Positions 24,485 through 36,256 of a stretch of 64,000 nt of DNA are shown here, piece by piece (the stretch's first letter is position 1; each line of letters starts with the position of its first letter). Source of the stretch: Dicentrarchus labrax (taxonomy: Eukaryota); NCBI RefSeq assembly GCF_905237075.1, contig NW_026136706.1:24719935-24783934 (forward strand). The letters run 5' to 3'. The position numbers were made by a program, and so were the translations under genes. Below the pieces are notes generated by a model. That model was not told the origin of the DNA. It made no database searches and was given only the letters and a program-made list of their open reading frames with translations.

Positions 24485-26116
24485 CAGTGGGTACCGAAAG
24501 TATTCAGACCCCTTTAAAATTTTCACTCCTTGTTTCATTGCAGCCATTTGCTAAAATCAAAAAAGTTCATTTTATTTCTCATTAATGTACACTCAGCACC
24601 CCATCTTGACAGAAAAAAACAGAAATGTAGAAATTTTTGCAAATTTATTAAAAAAGAAAAACTGAAATATCACATGGTCATAAGTATTCAGACCCTTTGC
24701 TGTGACACTCATATTTAACTCACATGCTGTCCATTTCTTCTGATCCTCCTTGAGGTGGTTCTGCTCCTTCATTGGAGTCTAGCTGTGTTTAATTAAACTG
24801 ATTGGACTTGATTAGGAAAGGCACACACCTGTCTATATAAGACCTTACAGCTCACAGTGCATGTCAGAGCAAATGAGAATCATGAGGTCGAAGGAACTGC
24901 CCAAGGAGCTCAGAGACAGAATTGTGGCAAGGCACAGATCTGGCCAAGGTTACAAAAGAATTTCTGCAGCACTCAAGGTTCCTAAGAGCACAGTGGCCTC
25001 CATAATCCTTAAATGGAAGAAGTCTGGGATGACCAGAACTCTTCCTAGACCTGGCCGTCCAGCCAAACTGAGCAATCGTGGGAGAAGAGCCTTGGTGAGA
25101 GAGGTAAAGAAGAACCCAAAGATCACTGTGGCTGAGCTCCAGAGATGCAGTAGGGAGATGGGAGAAAGTTCCACAAAGTCAACTATCACTGCAGCCCTCC
25201 ACAAGTCGGGGCTTTATGGCAGAGTGGCCGGACTGAAGCCTCTCCTCAGTGCAAGACATATGAAAGCCCGCATAGAGTTTGCCAAAAAACACATGAAGGA
25301 CTCCCAGACTATGAGAAATAAGATTCTCTGGTCTGGTGAGACCAAGATTGAACTTTTTGGCGTTAATTCTAAGCGGTATGTGTGGAGAAAACCAGGCACT
25401 GCTCATCAGCTGCCCAATACAATCCCAACAGTGAAACATGGTGGTGGCAGCATCAGGCTATGGGGATGTTTTTCAGCTACAGGGACAGGACGACTGGTTG
25501 CAATTGAAGGAAAGATGAATGCGGCCAAGTACAGAGATATCCTGGAAGAAAACCTCTTCCAGAGTGCTCAGGACCTTAGACTGGGCCGAAGGTTCACCTT
25601 CCAACAAGACAATAACCCTAAGCACACAGCTAAAATAACAAAGGAGTGGCTTCGGAACAACTCTGTGACCATTCTTGACTGGCCCAGCCAGAGCCCTGAC
25701 CTAAACCCAATTGAGCATCTCTGGAGAGATCTGAAAATGGCTGTCCACCAACGTTCACCATCCAACCTGACAGAACTGGAGAGGATCTGCAAGGAAGAAT
25801 GGCAGAGGATCCCCAAATCCATGTGTGAAAAACTTGTTGCATCATTCCCAAGAAGACTCATGGCTGTAGTAGCTCAAAAGGGTGCTTCTACTCAATACTG
25901 AGCAAAGGGTCTGAATACTTATGACCATGTGATATTTCAGTTTTTCTTTTTTAATAAATTTGCAAAAATTTCTACATTTGTTTTTTTTCTGTCAAGATGG
26001 GGTGCTGAGTGTACATTAATGAGAAATAAAATGAACTTTTTTGATTTTAGCAAATGGCTGCAAAGAAACAAAGAGTGAAAAATTGAAAGGGGTCTGAATA
26101 CTTTCCGTACCCACTG
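24485..26116 (+). mobile_element. Complete Tc1-like DNA transposon (1632 bp) with TA target-site duplications and 30-bp TIRs CAGTGGGTACCGAAAGTATTCAGACCCCTT
   Basis: TA at 24483-84 and 26117-18. Both ends carry inverted copies of cagtgggtac(c/g)gaaagtattcagacccc. Confidence 0.95.
24861..25901 (+). CDS. Tc1-family transposase, 346 aa, intact ORF with a helix-turn-helix region and a DDE catalytic region. The first catalytic Asp is replaced by Gly (LWSGETK).
   Basis: The ORF reads MSEQMRIMRSKELPKELRDRIVARHRSGQGYKRISAAL...ILWSGETKIELFG...FQQDNNPKHT...DWPSQSPDLNPIEHLW... Codon GGT at 25333-35 stands where copy 3 and canonical Tc1/SB have GAT. Confidence 0.9.
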   Translation: MSEQMRIMRSKELPKELRDRIVARHRSGQGYKRISAALKVPKSTVASIILKWKKSGMTRTLPRPGRPAKLSNRGRRALVREVKKNPKITVAELQRCSREMGESSTKSTITAALHKSGLYGRVAGLKPLLSARHMKARIEFAKKHMKDSQTMRNKILWSGETKIELFGVNSKRYVWRKPGTAHQLPNTIPTVKHGGGSIRLWGCFSATGTGRLVAIEGKMNAAKYRDILEENLFQSAQDLRLGRRFTFQQDNNPKHTAKITKEWLRNNSVTILDWPSQSPDLNPIEHLWRDLKMAVHQRSPSNLTELERICKEEWQRIPKSMCEKLVASFPRRLMAVVAQKGASTQY

Positions 26117-26942
26117 TATATGCATTGGCTATGTTCATATAACAACAAATATGATCTTAATCTCTATGGGCTTTTACCTGGTTAAATAAAGCTTAAATGA
26201 AATAATATAATACAAGGATTTCAATATTCATATAATTTATTATGTTGTGTCTATGTTAATTAACCATATTTTAAAATTTGCAATATCCTTTGTTACAACT
26301 TAAGCATTTGTTTTATTAAGTCAGTTTTAGCCCCATCAGCTACCACAAAGTGGAACTAACTTGCTCATTAAGCTGGTCGTGCTGGATAGGCTATGGTTGT
26401 GCATCTGTTGTCTCCAGGACTCCTGTTCCTGGAGCAGATGACCATATAATATCTGTCACAAAAGTAGTGTTTAAATCGGAGCAATCTGAAGCTCCCGGGG
26501 ATTACTTTTATATATGTTTATTATTTGAAACTTTGGACAAGTTTATTATGAACACCCAACATTGTACCATTATATAGGCCTATATGACAGAAAATAAAGG
26601 AAAGCATAGCAATAGCAATATGTCCCCTTTAAGAATGCAACTCCGTTTGACACATATGAAAAATGGAAACATATATAATACATAATAAGGTATAAGCAAC
26701 ACAAAAAGTCAGATTTTCAAATAATGTTTCACTTTTACATGAAAAAAGGCTTTGAGGATTAGACTGAACTTTTCATACATTGTACTCATTTATACAGTCT
26801 GATTACATAAATTCCATTTCTTTTACAGACATAGATTATTCATGTCAACATACAAGACCATTTACGACTAAAGCCACTCCATAATCAGAGCTTATATAGA
26901 AAAAGCATTATCAAATGTATGATCTCAAAACATACAGCAATG

Positions 26943-27084
26943 TTAAGCTGTTTTCTCGCAGACCCATGGCAAAGAAAGTTTACACGACCTGTCATTCCAT
27001 GTATTGTCGAATTTAATTGTATGTACACAGTCCTCTTCACCACCGTCTTGACTCCCATTACTAGGCTGACCTGTTGCCCAGTAC
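26943..27084 (-). CDS. C-type lectin receptor gene B, exon 6 (last): YWATGQPSNGSQDGGEEDCVHTIKFDNTWNDRSCKLSLPWVCEKTA*
   Basis: Reverse complement of 26943-27084. ctag acceptor (RC 27085-88). QPS instead of QPD. WND retained. Stop at 26943-45. Confidence 0.75.
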
Positions 27085-27897
27085 CTAGGAGGTTAGAAAA
27101 CGAGAGAATCGTGACACTGTTTATCTCTGACATGAACACAGCCCTTAAACAGCTTCATCACCAAGATCCATCAGCCCTGGACAAACCACATTTGTTTCTG
27201 AAACAGTGGGTTCAATATAATCTTAAAGATTGGAAAATATGTCCTCCATCTTTAAAGTGACTCATTTGTAGTGTTTTCTAAAGAGACTGTACTCTCTATT
27301 ATGTTTATGTTCAAGTGGCTGTAGTAAATGAGGAAGTCAGCTGAGGTCTTTATAGAGCAGCAAAGTCTGCAAAGGGAGGACGTCGGGGTGATTGGTTGTT
27401 AAGTCCTTGTTGAGTCATTGAGCAAATTCCATTTCCTCATATATAATTAATTCTAATTAAGTGTGATATTCATTGCAGACATGATGGTAGCAGTATGCTA
27501 CTGCAGATTTTACATGAAAGATGCAATACAACTCATCTCCTCCATATAGCCTTAATATCTGGCTTTATTTTACCTATCCATCTAAAAGCTAAATACAGAT
27601 GGACTATTGGACCTAACATTCATCTGGTGGACAGAATTAAGTCCAGATGTGTGTCTCCTGGATGTGTAAATAGGCAATTTTTGCCTTCTCCATTGCTATA
27701 AAATGGTTAAAGGTGATAATATGTCATGGCTCTGAGTTTAGCAGCTTATTGTGGAGTTATTCTGCCCCCATGTGGACAACAAATTAATCTGTACAGTTTT
27801 AAGATTTAACAAACTTCCATGAATGCACAGAATCAATTAAATTCTAGTAATATAAAATGATAGTTGATGTTGATATTAAACCAGAGTGAAGCCTTAC

Positions 27898-28001
27898 GTC
27901 AGAGTCAGTGGAGTTCCATCTATCCATTTCCAGGTCCCTTCCTCTCCTCTCTTAGTCAAACCAATCCAAGCATAGGTTTTGTAGAACTTTGAGACAAATG
28001 T
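27898..28001 (-). CDS. Gene B, exon 5: TFVSKFYKTYAWIGLTKRGEEGTWKWIDGTPLTLT
   Basis: aacag acceptor (RC 28002-04), gtaagg donor (RC 27893-97), 104 nt. Matches gene 2 exon 5 over WIGLT..EEGTWKWIDGTPLTLT. Confidence 0.75.
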
Positions 28002-28280
28002 CTGTTAACAAAAAAGAAACTCACATTATATTTACACAATATATATACACACATTAAAATGATTACTGTAACCTAACCATTACAATGAAATATTACCTAG
28101 AAGAAGAAACAAATAGAGGGTATAGAGGGTGTCTGTTACCAGAAAGACACCTTGATGTTGTCCACAGTGAGACAGTCATTGTTGTAGCTGGGTTTTATGT
28201 TGAGGTTTAGATTAGATTAGAAAACATACAGTACAAAAGTGTACAGTGATGTTTAGGAGTGAGTATGTAATTCACAGATG

Positions 28281-28520
28281 AGGCGGCTGTGGCTCAGAGG
28301 CAGAGTGGGTCGTTCCCTAATTGGAAGGTTGTGGGTTCAACCCCCGGCTCCTGGTGCCACGCATAGGTGTGTGAAGTTTCTATTCGATGGACTTTGCCGT
28401 GAATGTGGCACGTAGTGTAAAAGCGCTTTGAGTGGTCGGAAGACTAGAAAGGCACTATACAAGCACAGGTCCATTTACCATCCATCACTTTATCAGTGAC
28501 GGCTGGTGGTCATTTTGGGT
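28281..28520 (+). mobile_element. tRNA-derived SINE with a Deu-domain (Deu-SINE family), in gene B intron 4
   Basis: The tRNA-like head is ggctgtggctcagaggcagagtgggtcg...gggttcaacccccggc (box A/B-like). It is followed by gtaaaagcgctttgagtggtcggaagactagaaaggcactatacaagcacaggtccatttaccat, which matches the conserved Deu-domain core. Confidence 0.75.
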
Positions 28521-28799
28521 GGGTGGGCTAACAAATGTATTACACTCATCAATACTTCACACAGCATCAACAGCAGCAACAGTAGCATCACATCAAGTCA
28601 CAGCAACAACACTGGGGAGACATATCCAAAAGAATGGCTCTCTCTCTCTCTCCTCTGTACACATCAGCACATGTCAATTGCGCTACAACAACATTATAGA
28701 AAAGTACCAGCAACATTTTGTAACACCATGTACCAGAAATAAATCTATAACACCAAAGCAAAAATAATTATTTGTAGACGAGAGAGTTGTTTCAGAGCT

Positions 28800-30800
28800 T
28801 GGGCATACCTTATTTAAAAAGCAGCTCTCATCGACGGCGTTTCTGTGATGCAAATAGGTTATTCACCATGTCATTAAAGCCTGCTGATTTTTTGATGAAG
28901 TCCCGCTCAATGGACAGCATAGCCAGTTTGTTTAGCCTGTCCTGTCTCATTGTACTTCTAAGAAAGGATTTGATCCTTTTCAGTGTACTGAAACACCTCT
29001 CTGACTCTGCAGATGATGGGGGTTGTGATGGCTATGTGGGTTACTTTCAGTGTTTCAGAAAAAGTGCTCTATGGATTGTTCATTGTCACTCTCAAAAGTG
29101 AGATTGCAGACATTAGGTCTGCAAACTTCACACTGCTGTACATGACCATCAGTTTATCCCTGCAGATCACTGGGTAATGAGCACATGCAATGTCCAGCTA
29201 CTTCTGCAGGAAAGTGTTCTTAAACAGTGGAAAGATTTCAGGGTCAATATGTTTGAAAGACACCAAGTGCCTGGCTTTCTTATTATGTGGCCATTATGTG
29301 ACAGCACTGTGCGGCCATTATGTGACAGCACTGTGCGGCTTTTGACACATTATCAGACCACCGCATCCTGCGCGGCGTTGCAGCGGCCGCAGCTGTGTCC
29401 ATGTCTGGATGTGGCTGATTGTCATCTGTGGTCAGAAGTTCAGATATGGAGGATGAAAAATTCTTCAGGGCCTGTCTCGTTTTGAGAGACTCTGTGATCT
29501 GTTTCTGAAGAATGCTGTAGAGAATATCTACATGCATGAGGGCAGAGTGGGAAGAAGATAAAAAGAAAAGAAAGCTGAGGTCCCCCAGAAATGCGGACAG
29601 GTTGTCCCAAGACTAATCATCCTGTACTTTTTCAAAACACTGTTTCAAAGTGTCCTGATGTTCAAACATGGTGTGGCTGGTACAGCTTGTAAAGTTCCAC
29701 CTTCTTTGTCCTGACGCTGGCATCCTCCTGCCACACACTTCATCTAGGACTGCCGTTGTCTTGGGGGACTTGGAGAAAAACATTTGCAAAAAATATTCTG
29801 ACGGCTGTGTGAGATGAGCAGGCCTGTTGCATGATGAGGTTTAACTGGTGGGCATAGCAGTGCATAAAGTGTGCGTGAGGGAGTGTGTCCTTTAACCTGG
29901 CCTTTAGGCTGGATGATGCACCGCTCATTACAGCTGCCCCGCCATATGTCATATGTGCGATCAGTTTGTTCTCCAACGTATATGGCTGTAGCTTCTCCAG
30001 CAGCAGTGTTTCGAGTCCCGCTGCAGTTCTATCAACTAACAGGGAGAAAGTGAGGAATCTTTCCACCACCATGGTGGCTTCAATGACGTACCTGAACACA
30101 ATCACACACTGGCTTACACAGGTCACATCTGCAATATTTCATCTGCCAGTTTTTGTTCATAAATCTCTAACATACAGTCAAGCAACTCATTTTGGCTGGT
30201 CTTAGATGTGTACTTGGCAACCTGTCTAAAAAAGAGAACCGGTTGACGAGGTCCAGAAACACAGATTCATCGGACCCCTGCAGGGCAACCTTGTGTCCCC
30301 CACAAAATGTAATACAGTCTACAATCTGTGAAAGTGAATGACTGTTTTTCTTTACCAGCTCGTTGTGTCTCTGTACAGCGGCCCTCATTAAGCTGACAGG
30401 TGATGTTCACTTTAACCAGCAATGACAACTTTACTCTATTTCCAATGTGGCTTGTGTTTCATGTTTTCTAATTTTGTCAGATAAATGCTTCAAATCCACA
30501 ATTCCTTGTTGGGTCCAAACCGTGTCTCCTCCAAAAAGCAAACATGGGAAAAAGTGAACTGAATCACAGAAAAGTGAATTCCTAGCTACACTTGCCAGTC
30601 CTTTCCTTAAAACCACGTAACACAAAAGTTAAGATTTTGTCGTTTGTGTTATTTGAATGTCTTTTGGATGATGTGTCCCAAATCTCTTCACTTCCAATTT
30701 TCCCTCCAAAGACATTAAAGAAAGTAAATAATCCACCTCGTTCATGTTCATGCGAACGCCCGCCATTACTACAGTTGCTCACTTCCCCCTCTCCACGTTC
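28800..30800 (-). pseudogene. hAT-superfamily transposase pseudogene with multiple frameshifts (ZBED/Charlie-like); copy 1, inside gene B intron 4
   Basis: Minus-strand ORF fragments at 30431..30625, 30167..30388 and 29740..30126 contain ..MTYGGAAVMSG...HFMHCYAHQLNL.., the hAT C-x-A-H-x-L-N-L block. The C-terminal RC of 28800-28900 gives KLAMLSIERDFIKKSAGFNDMVNNLFASQKRRR*, which is hAT-dimerisation-domain-like. It is paralogous to 62505-64000. Confidence 0.7.
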
Positions 30801-31282
30801 TACTACAAACTAGCCTCACTGTAGCCTCATGCAGTGGCTACTGCGCTGGGATTGGTCGAAAGTCGCTGTACTGTAGCTACTGCGCTGTGATTGGTCGAAG
30901 GTTACTGGCCTTTGGGCTGAATGAATTTAGCCCAAATGGCCAATAAATCAAGGGGGAGTGTCACGACACCTGTCAATCCAAATTGAATGGAAGCGTACGC
31001 TACTGTGCTTGGGCTGTAAGAAATAAGTCCATTCAAAGGAAAAACCCAGGATATATCATATATCCTTTTTTCTGTCACTGTTTGGTGCTGCTGCTGCTCT
31101 AGGTTCCACCAATATTTAAAACAATATGTTCTAAGGTTTTTAATAATAGTTTTTCATCTTTATTGTAAAAGACAGGGGGGGCTTAGCCCTGATATGGAGA
31201 ATCTAACCCAGACCTTATTGATTTATTACAATCTATCTATTGAGATTTTTTTTGTATGAATTTCAATATTAACAAAATCGTG

Positions 31283-31283
31283 C

Positions 31284-31320
<37 letters not shown>
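31283..31320. repeat. (CA)n microsatellite abutting the gene B exon 4 donor
   Basis: cacacacacacaca... Confidence 0.9.
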
Positions 31321-31321
<1 letters not shown>

Positions 31322-31326
31322 TGTAC

Positions 31327-31469
31327 CTGCTCTTCGTCACTGTTTATCACCGCTAGATCTGCTCCTCTGTTTCTGCAGTCCTCTCTGGCTTTATCCCAGG
31401 TACCAGACTCAGTGGAGAAGAGATAAGAGCGGTCCTTAAACATCTTCCATCCTTCAGGATAGGTTTTTA
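31327..31469 (-). CDS. Gene B, exon 4: LKTYPEGWKMFKDRSYLFSTESGTWDKAREDCRNRGADLAVINSDEEQ. Both C0 and C0' cysteines are replaced (C to Y, C to S).
   Basis: The reverse complement reads AAA ACC TAT CCT GAA GGA TGG ... CGC TCT TAT CTC. Acceptor tcttacag, donor gtac followed by (GT)n, as in gene 2. Confidence 0.8.
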
Positions 31470-31772
31470 CTGTAAGATAAACATACAGAGACATCACAGA
31501 CCAACAAGACTCATGTAAATATTTGTGAAGTTATCTCTGTAGATGTCATTTTCAGTGAATGACCTTTCAATGCCCCTCAATATATGTTCATTTGGTTGGT
31601 GATTTTTTTGCCGATATAAGAGGATTTACTGTCACAATGTAGCGGTGTGCAGAGATAGAGGCCACAGTTGTACCAGTGGTCCATAATAATATACTGTTTA
31701 ATTTAGTTGTGATTAATGAAAGGTTACATTTGAAAGCCTGAAACTGGCTTCTCATAAAATAGATAGATAAAA

Positions 31773-32684
31773 TTAATGCTGTCAGTTAAACGCGTTATTA
31801 ATGGCGTTAACGCAAACCCATTTTAACGGCGTTCTTTTTTTTATCGCAAGATTAACGTTCTTTTTGACCTAGCACACTTTGTAGTTTTTTTCACATGCTG
31901 TTGCAACAACTAGTAACATTAGAAAAACTAAAACACCACACTGGATCTAGCTAGACCGGAAACAAAACAACAAGCATGCCGCACACACTTGTTTAAGAGT
32001 AGTAGACGTTACGTTTTGAGTGGATGGCGAGCGTGAGACGCCAAAATGGATGCTAATAATATTCTGAATGGAAAGTTTACTTTTAAAAAGTTGCCAAATG
32101 GTTCCATTGACAAGACCAAAGTGATCTGTGTGTTTTGTCGTTGTGAACTGAGCTATCATCGCAGCACGTCCAGTCTGAAATACCACTTGATGGCCAAGTA
32201 CACAGCTGATGCAAATTCTCCGCCCCTGGTCAATTAAGTATTAAGCCATGGTTTAACTGCACTATAGGCTGAGTCCTAGTTTACCTTACATGTGCACTTT
32301 GTAATTTTATTTTGTATCGCCCTGTGTTGATCCCTTAGAAAGGGCTGTTGAAGGGGCTGTTTGTGTGAAGTATTTTTTTCACCCTTTTATTGATGGACAG
32401 TGTTACATTGTGTGAGAGATTATTTGCTCCACGTGAGAATGTTAAGTTTGAACACTACAGTATATGCCAATGTTGTTTTCAATAAAAAAAAAAAACATTT
32501 GCACAAAGCAAGCCGATCCACTTTTCCATGTTGATAAGAGCATTAAAATGAGAAAAAATAATGGGACAAAAAGAAATCAAGGGACATTCAGAATAGATAA
32601 AAATGTGCGATTAATTGCGAGTTAACTATGACATTAATGCGATTAATCGCGATTCAATATTTTAATTGTTTGACAGCACTAATT
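31773..32684 (+). mobile_element. Non-autonomous hAT-like element (about 0.9 kb) in gene B intron 3, carrying a BED-finger mini-ORF
   Basis: The termini are aaTTAATGCTGTCAGttaaacgcg at 31771 and the reverse complement of cgcgattcaatattttaattgttTGACAGCACTAATTaa at 32684. Subterminal repeats ttaacgc/gcgttaa/attaatcgc are abundant. The TSD is not resolved. Confidence 0.55.
32046..32237 (+). CDS. 63-aa BED-type zinc-finger mini-ORF inside the hAT-N element
   Basis: MDANNILNGKFTFKKLPNGSIDKTKVICVFCRCELSYHRSTSSLKYHLMAKYTADANSPPLVN* with a C..C...(20)..H...H/C spacing typical of zf-BED. Confidence 0.5.
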   Translation: MDANNILNGKFTFKKLPNGSIDKTKVICVFCRCELSYHRSTSSLKYHLMAKYTADANSPPLVN

Positions 32685-32769
32685 AAAATATCTTACCACA
32701 ATGCAGGGTGACTTAATCACTAGATTTCTGAGTAGCAAGTGAATCTAAGCACTTCATGCAAGGACTCAC

Positions 32770-32949
32770 GCAGTTTGGACAAACTCTGAAGTCTTTCCAG
32801 CTCTTGAGTCATTTCAGTGATTCTGGCATTCAGCAGGTCTCTCTCTTCAGTCAGGGAAGAGGACTTGTTGTCACTGGCCTGAAGACGCTCAGTCAGGTTG
32901 GCTTTGATAGAGGAGAGTTCTGCAGCTGAACGCTGAGCGGAGACATGGT
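32770..32949 (-). CDS. Gene B, exon 3: neck YHVSAQRSAAELSSIKANLTERLQASDNKSSSLTEERDLLNARITEMTQELERLQSLSKL (3 codons longer than in gene 2)
   Basis: cag acceptor (RC 32950-52), gtgagt donor (RC 32764-69), 180 nt versus 171 nt in gene 2. Confidence 0.75.
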
Positions 32950-33597
32950 CTGAAATAAACAACAGACACTTCTCTGAAACACTAGATACCTACTGGAAGA
33001 TCACAAACATAAATCAGTGTGGCTTTCAGCAGTAAAGTTATGCCACTAAAATTACAATGAAAATATTTCAGTCAGACAACTCACGTTGAAATGTTTATTA
33101 TAGTACTATAGTCATTTAGATTTTGGCATCTAGGCTCCGACCCCACAGATATGTTTACATAGAGATATTGAGGAGTGATGAGCAAATATCTTAACCTCTA
33201 GCCGGAGCCTACAGGTGGATGCTGGGGTGGTGGTGGGGCTTACAGTGCAGCAGCAGCAATATGGATGCAGGGCAACAGCGGCATTGACAGAGCCGAGGGA
33301 GAGCTGGGGAATTGTGCAGTTTAAATAGACCGCCAGATAGGAAGGGTGTGCTTGGTTAGTGATTATGGAGTGAGGCATGTCATGTGTGTATAGCAGTGCA
33401 GCTGGAGTTAATGCCTGAACTAGCTGGCTTCGCTCCATATTATGCTTTAAACAAACAAAATATAAATGAGAAAATCGAAAGTAAATCAAACAAAAATTTT
33501 AAAAAGTGACTGAAAAGTGAGTGATTTTCAGTGAAGAATTATCCTTCTATAATCACAATCCAGCCTGACTTTAATCTCTGAATGTGATTTAGACTCA

Positions 33598-33699
33598 CAG
33601 TGGACACCGAGGCCGATGAGTCCAACCAGCAGGAGAACAGTGAGCAGACCCAGACAGAGAACAACAGATCCATGAAATCTCCTCTCTGAGCTCCTGGGA
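33598..33699 (-). CDS. Gene B, exon 2: transmembrane GPRSSERRFHGSVVLCLGLLTVLLLVGLIGLGVH
   Basis: 102 nt. Donor gtgagt (RC 33592-97), acceptor cag (RC 33700-02). Confidence 0.8.
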
Positions 33700-34229
33700 C
33701 CTGAACACAGAAAATGATACAACAGCATTAATGACAGGTAATTGTTGGGATCCAAGGATACCTTTAAACATGAACTTGTTCATTTGAAGTGTTTAACTGG
33801 ACCAAAAGGGAAATGTTGGAATATGGCCACATGTGTTTTACACAAAGGAAATGGTCTTTACTACAGTGGCCTGTATGTGAGTAATAAAGCCTGCTTGCAG
33901 TGAAAAGACAAAGAAAAAACGCCTGCCAGATAACAGACCTCACAGTGGGGGTCCAGGAATGCGGTCAAGTTGGGGCATAAGGGCAATAAACGACTTTCAT
34001 TAGTCAGATTCCCTCGGACCCCAGACCCGTCATCCCGGCTTTAAGCCAGAGAGACGCTCTTCTCTCTCTCTTCTCTTCTGGTGGTGTTTGTAGCGCCCCC
34101 TACAGGATTTTAAAAAAGCAGCCCCGGCGCCACGTTTCGCCGATATGTATGAAACTTGGTAGGCATGTGTAACGTGCCTGAGACGTACAAAAAAGCCTCT
34201 TGGACCCATGTCCCAAATCCCACAGGAAG

Positions 34230-34900
34230 TTGGCTATTTTAATTTTAAATTTTCACTCTTGGCGGCCATTTTGTGGTCATTTTCACTTTTTGGCTTGTAT
34301 TTGAACGAACTCCTCCTAGGGAATTTATCGGATCTGCTTCAAAATTGGTCAGTACAGTCAGAAAATGGTGCTGAATGAACGCTGCTCATTTTGTGACTGT
34401 ACGTTGAAGGGCGTGTCCGTTGTATGCCGTCAAAGTTGGCCATTTTGTATTTGAACTAACGATCTCCTAGAGAATTTATCAGATCTGCTTCAAAACTTGA
34501 AAGTATACTTGAATAATGTTGCTGATTAATAGTTGTGCGATTTGTGACTGTATGTTGAAGGGCGTGTCCGTGGTGTGTCGTCAAAGTTGGCCATTTTGAA
34601 TCGATTGTCTAAGTGTGATGTCATTTTTTGCACTTCAGGGCTTCTATTTAAACTAACTCCTCCTAGGGAGTTTATCGGATCTGCTTCAAAATTGGTCAGT
34701 ACAGTCAAAATATGGTTAATATGGTTAATAATAAATATGGTTACGCTGTTCAATTTGTAACTGTACATTGAAGGGCGTGTCTGTGGCGTGCTGTCAAAGT
34801 CGGCCACTGTGATGCCATTTCCGGCATTTCAGGGCCTCTATTTTAACTAACTCCTACAGATTTTATCATATTGACTTCATATTCCATCACTGCAATCTAG
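34230..34900. repeat. Tandem array of about 4 units of roughly 160-220 bp inside the intron-1 transposon
   Basis: Recurring blocks are ctcctagggaatttatcggatctgcttcaaaattggtcagtacagtc and gaagggcgtgtccgt.gt.tgccgtcaaagttggccattttg, at about 34300/34470/34660 and 34400/34560/34780. Confidence 0.7.
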
Positions 34901-35703
34901 ACACATTGTTGATCATAATTTAATCAAATATTTACTGTGCATCAAACTGTGTGTCCGTGGCATGGCGCTGCATTTCCACCTTTCTCAGTGAAGAGTCTCT
35001 CTATCAAAGCTCAAGTCTTTTGCAGTGTCTGAAACGCGTGACAACTTAGAGTGGTCTCCCTCAGCTTCTGGTGATCAGGGCTTCGGAGTGGGGTGACGAG
35101 AATGGTCCAATCTCAATGAAACTTCACGTGTTTGATAAGAGTCCTGCCCTGAACACGTCTACATGACAATATTCAGACATAGTGACAGTGCCACCTACTG
35201 GCAACAGGACCCCTGCATGGCAATTTTGAGCTGATTTACGTGAGATTTTCATGTCGTGGTCCGCACGTGTTACGACGGCATGTGACGCGGCCGCAGCACG
35301 CCCTGAGTTGCGTGGAGTGCGAGGTCCCGTCCATCGCTGCTTGCAGCTTTAATTACTGTTAAAGTTACTGATGTGTTTTATTCAGCTTATTGTATTGTGA
35401 TGTTGATGTTTGATTAACTTAGGTTACTATAGTAACTGTAGTCTTTCAGAGAGTGCTAAGGTGATGTTAGTTAAATGTTGTGCGTTACACAGACACCGTC
35501 TTTGCATGCAACTCCCTTTTAACAGCACCGTTAATCTACGATCACACACACACATATTCGGTCTAAATCTCAGCACACGGGGAGAGGGATTCAAACCCTC
35601 CTGCGTATTCATGCTCTTTGTCTCTCACCAACATGTGTTTCATACATTGAAACATCTGGTCAGAGGACAAAGGACACACACCCTTTTCGGGGCACAACTC
35701 TCA

Positions 35704-35704
35704 T

Positions 35705-35749
<45 letters not shown>

Positions 35750-35750
35750 C
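35704..35750. repeat. (CA)n microsatellite
   Basis: cacacacacacacacacacacacaaacacacacacacacac. Confidence 0.9.
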
Positions 35751-36256
35751 CTTTCCCCTCTAACTTAGTTCCTTTAAGTTAGATTGTATATAGTGTATTT
35801 TCCTCTGTTTGTTCTATTATATCTCTTTAATAAATGTTTGTGTTTATATATGCTGGCCTATTCAATTTCAAGAGTGAGTGATACCAACCTCTTCTATGTA
35901 GAACTCCAAAAGCTCCCACTTTAGCTATTAATAATGGTTATTGGTTGTAGACAATTGGTTGTAATTATTAATTTAATAATTAATCTGACTTCTGAATTAA
36001 TAGTTTAGTGTATTTTTATGAGACTGATCAATCAATTGTTGGTTATCGTTTCCCTTATTTAAGGGTGGTGCCCCGAGGAACTTTAATATTAATTAAAGTC
36101 ATTTTCTATTATCTTTTGATAATTTTAAATTTTGATAACCATTAATTGATTAAACTAATACAGTTAGACCACTTTAACGACGCTGGAGCCCAACATAATA
36201 ATACACATCTGCAGAGCTCAGTCTGTCAGCCTCTCTGTCTGGATCATTATTCTTAC

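Larger units (their letters stand above)
33740..36196. mobile_element. About 2.45-kb TIR-bounded, non-coding DNA-transposon insertion in gene B intron 1, with TA/TAA flanks
   Basis: The intron is otherwise colinear with gene 2 intron 1 (gtgtattatta | cctgtcattaatgc). The insert starts TAATTGTTGGGATCCAAGG and ends CGCTGGAGCCCAACATAA, giving a TIR of TGTTGGG.TCCA. It is flanked by TA(A), suggesting Tc1/mariner- or PIF-like target duplication. Confidence 0.6.

Noticed and set aside
28281-28360. tRNA-like sequence (ggctgtggctcagagg...ggttcaacccccggc)
   Set aside because: It is the tRNA-derived head of a SINE. The Deu-domain follows, the acceptor stem and anticodon arm are not intact, and it is not a tRNA gene.
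34230-34900. Regular direct repeats resembling a repeat-spacer array
   Set aside because: The genome is eukaryotic. The units are about 200 bp, unequal, lie inside a transposon, and have no unique spacers. This is a minisatellite, not CRISPR.
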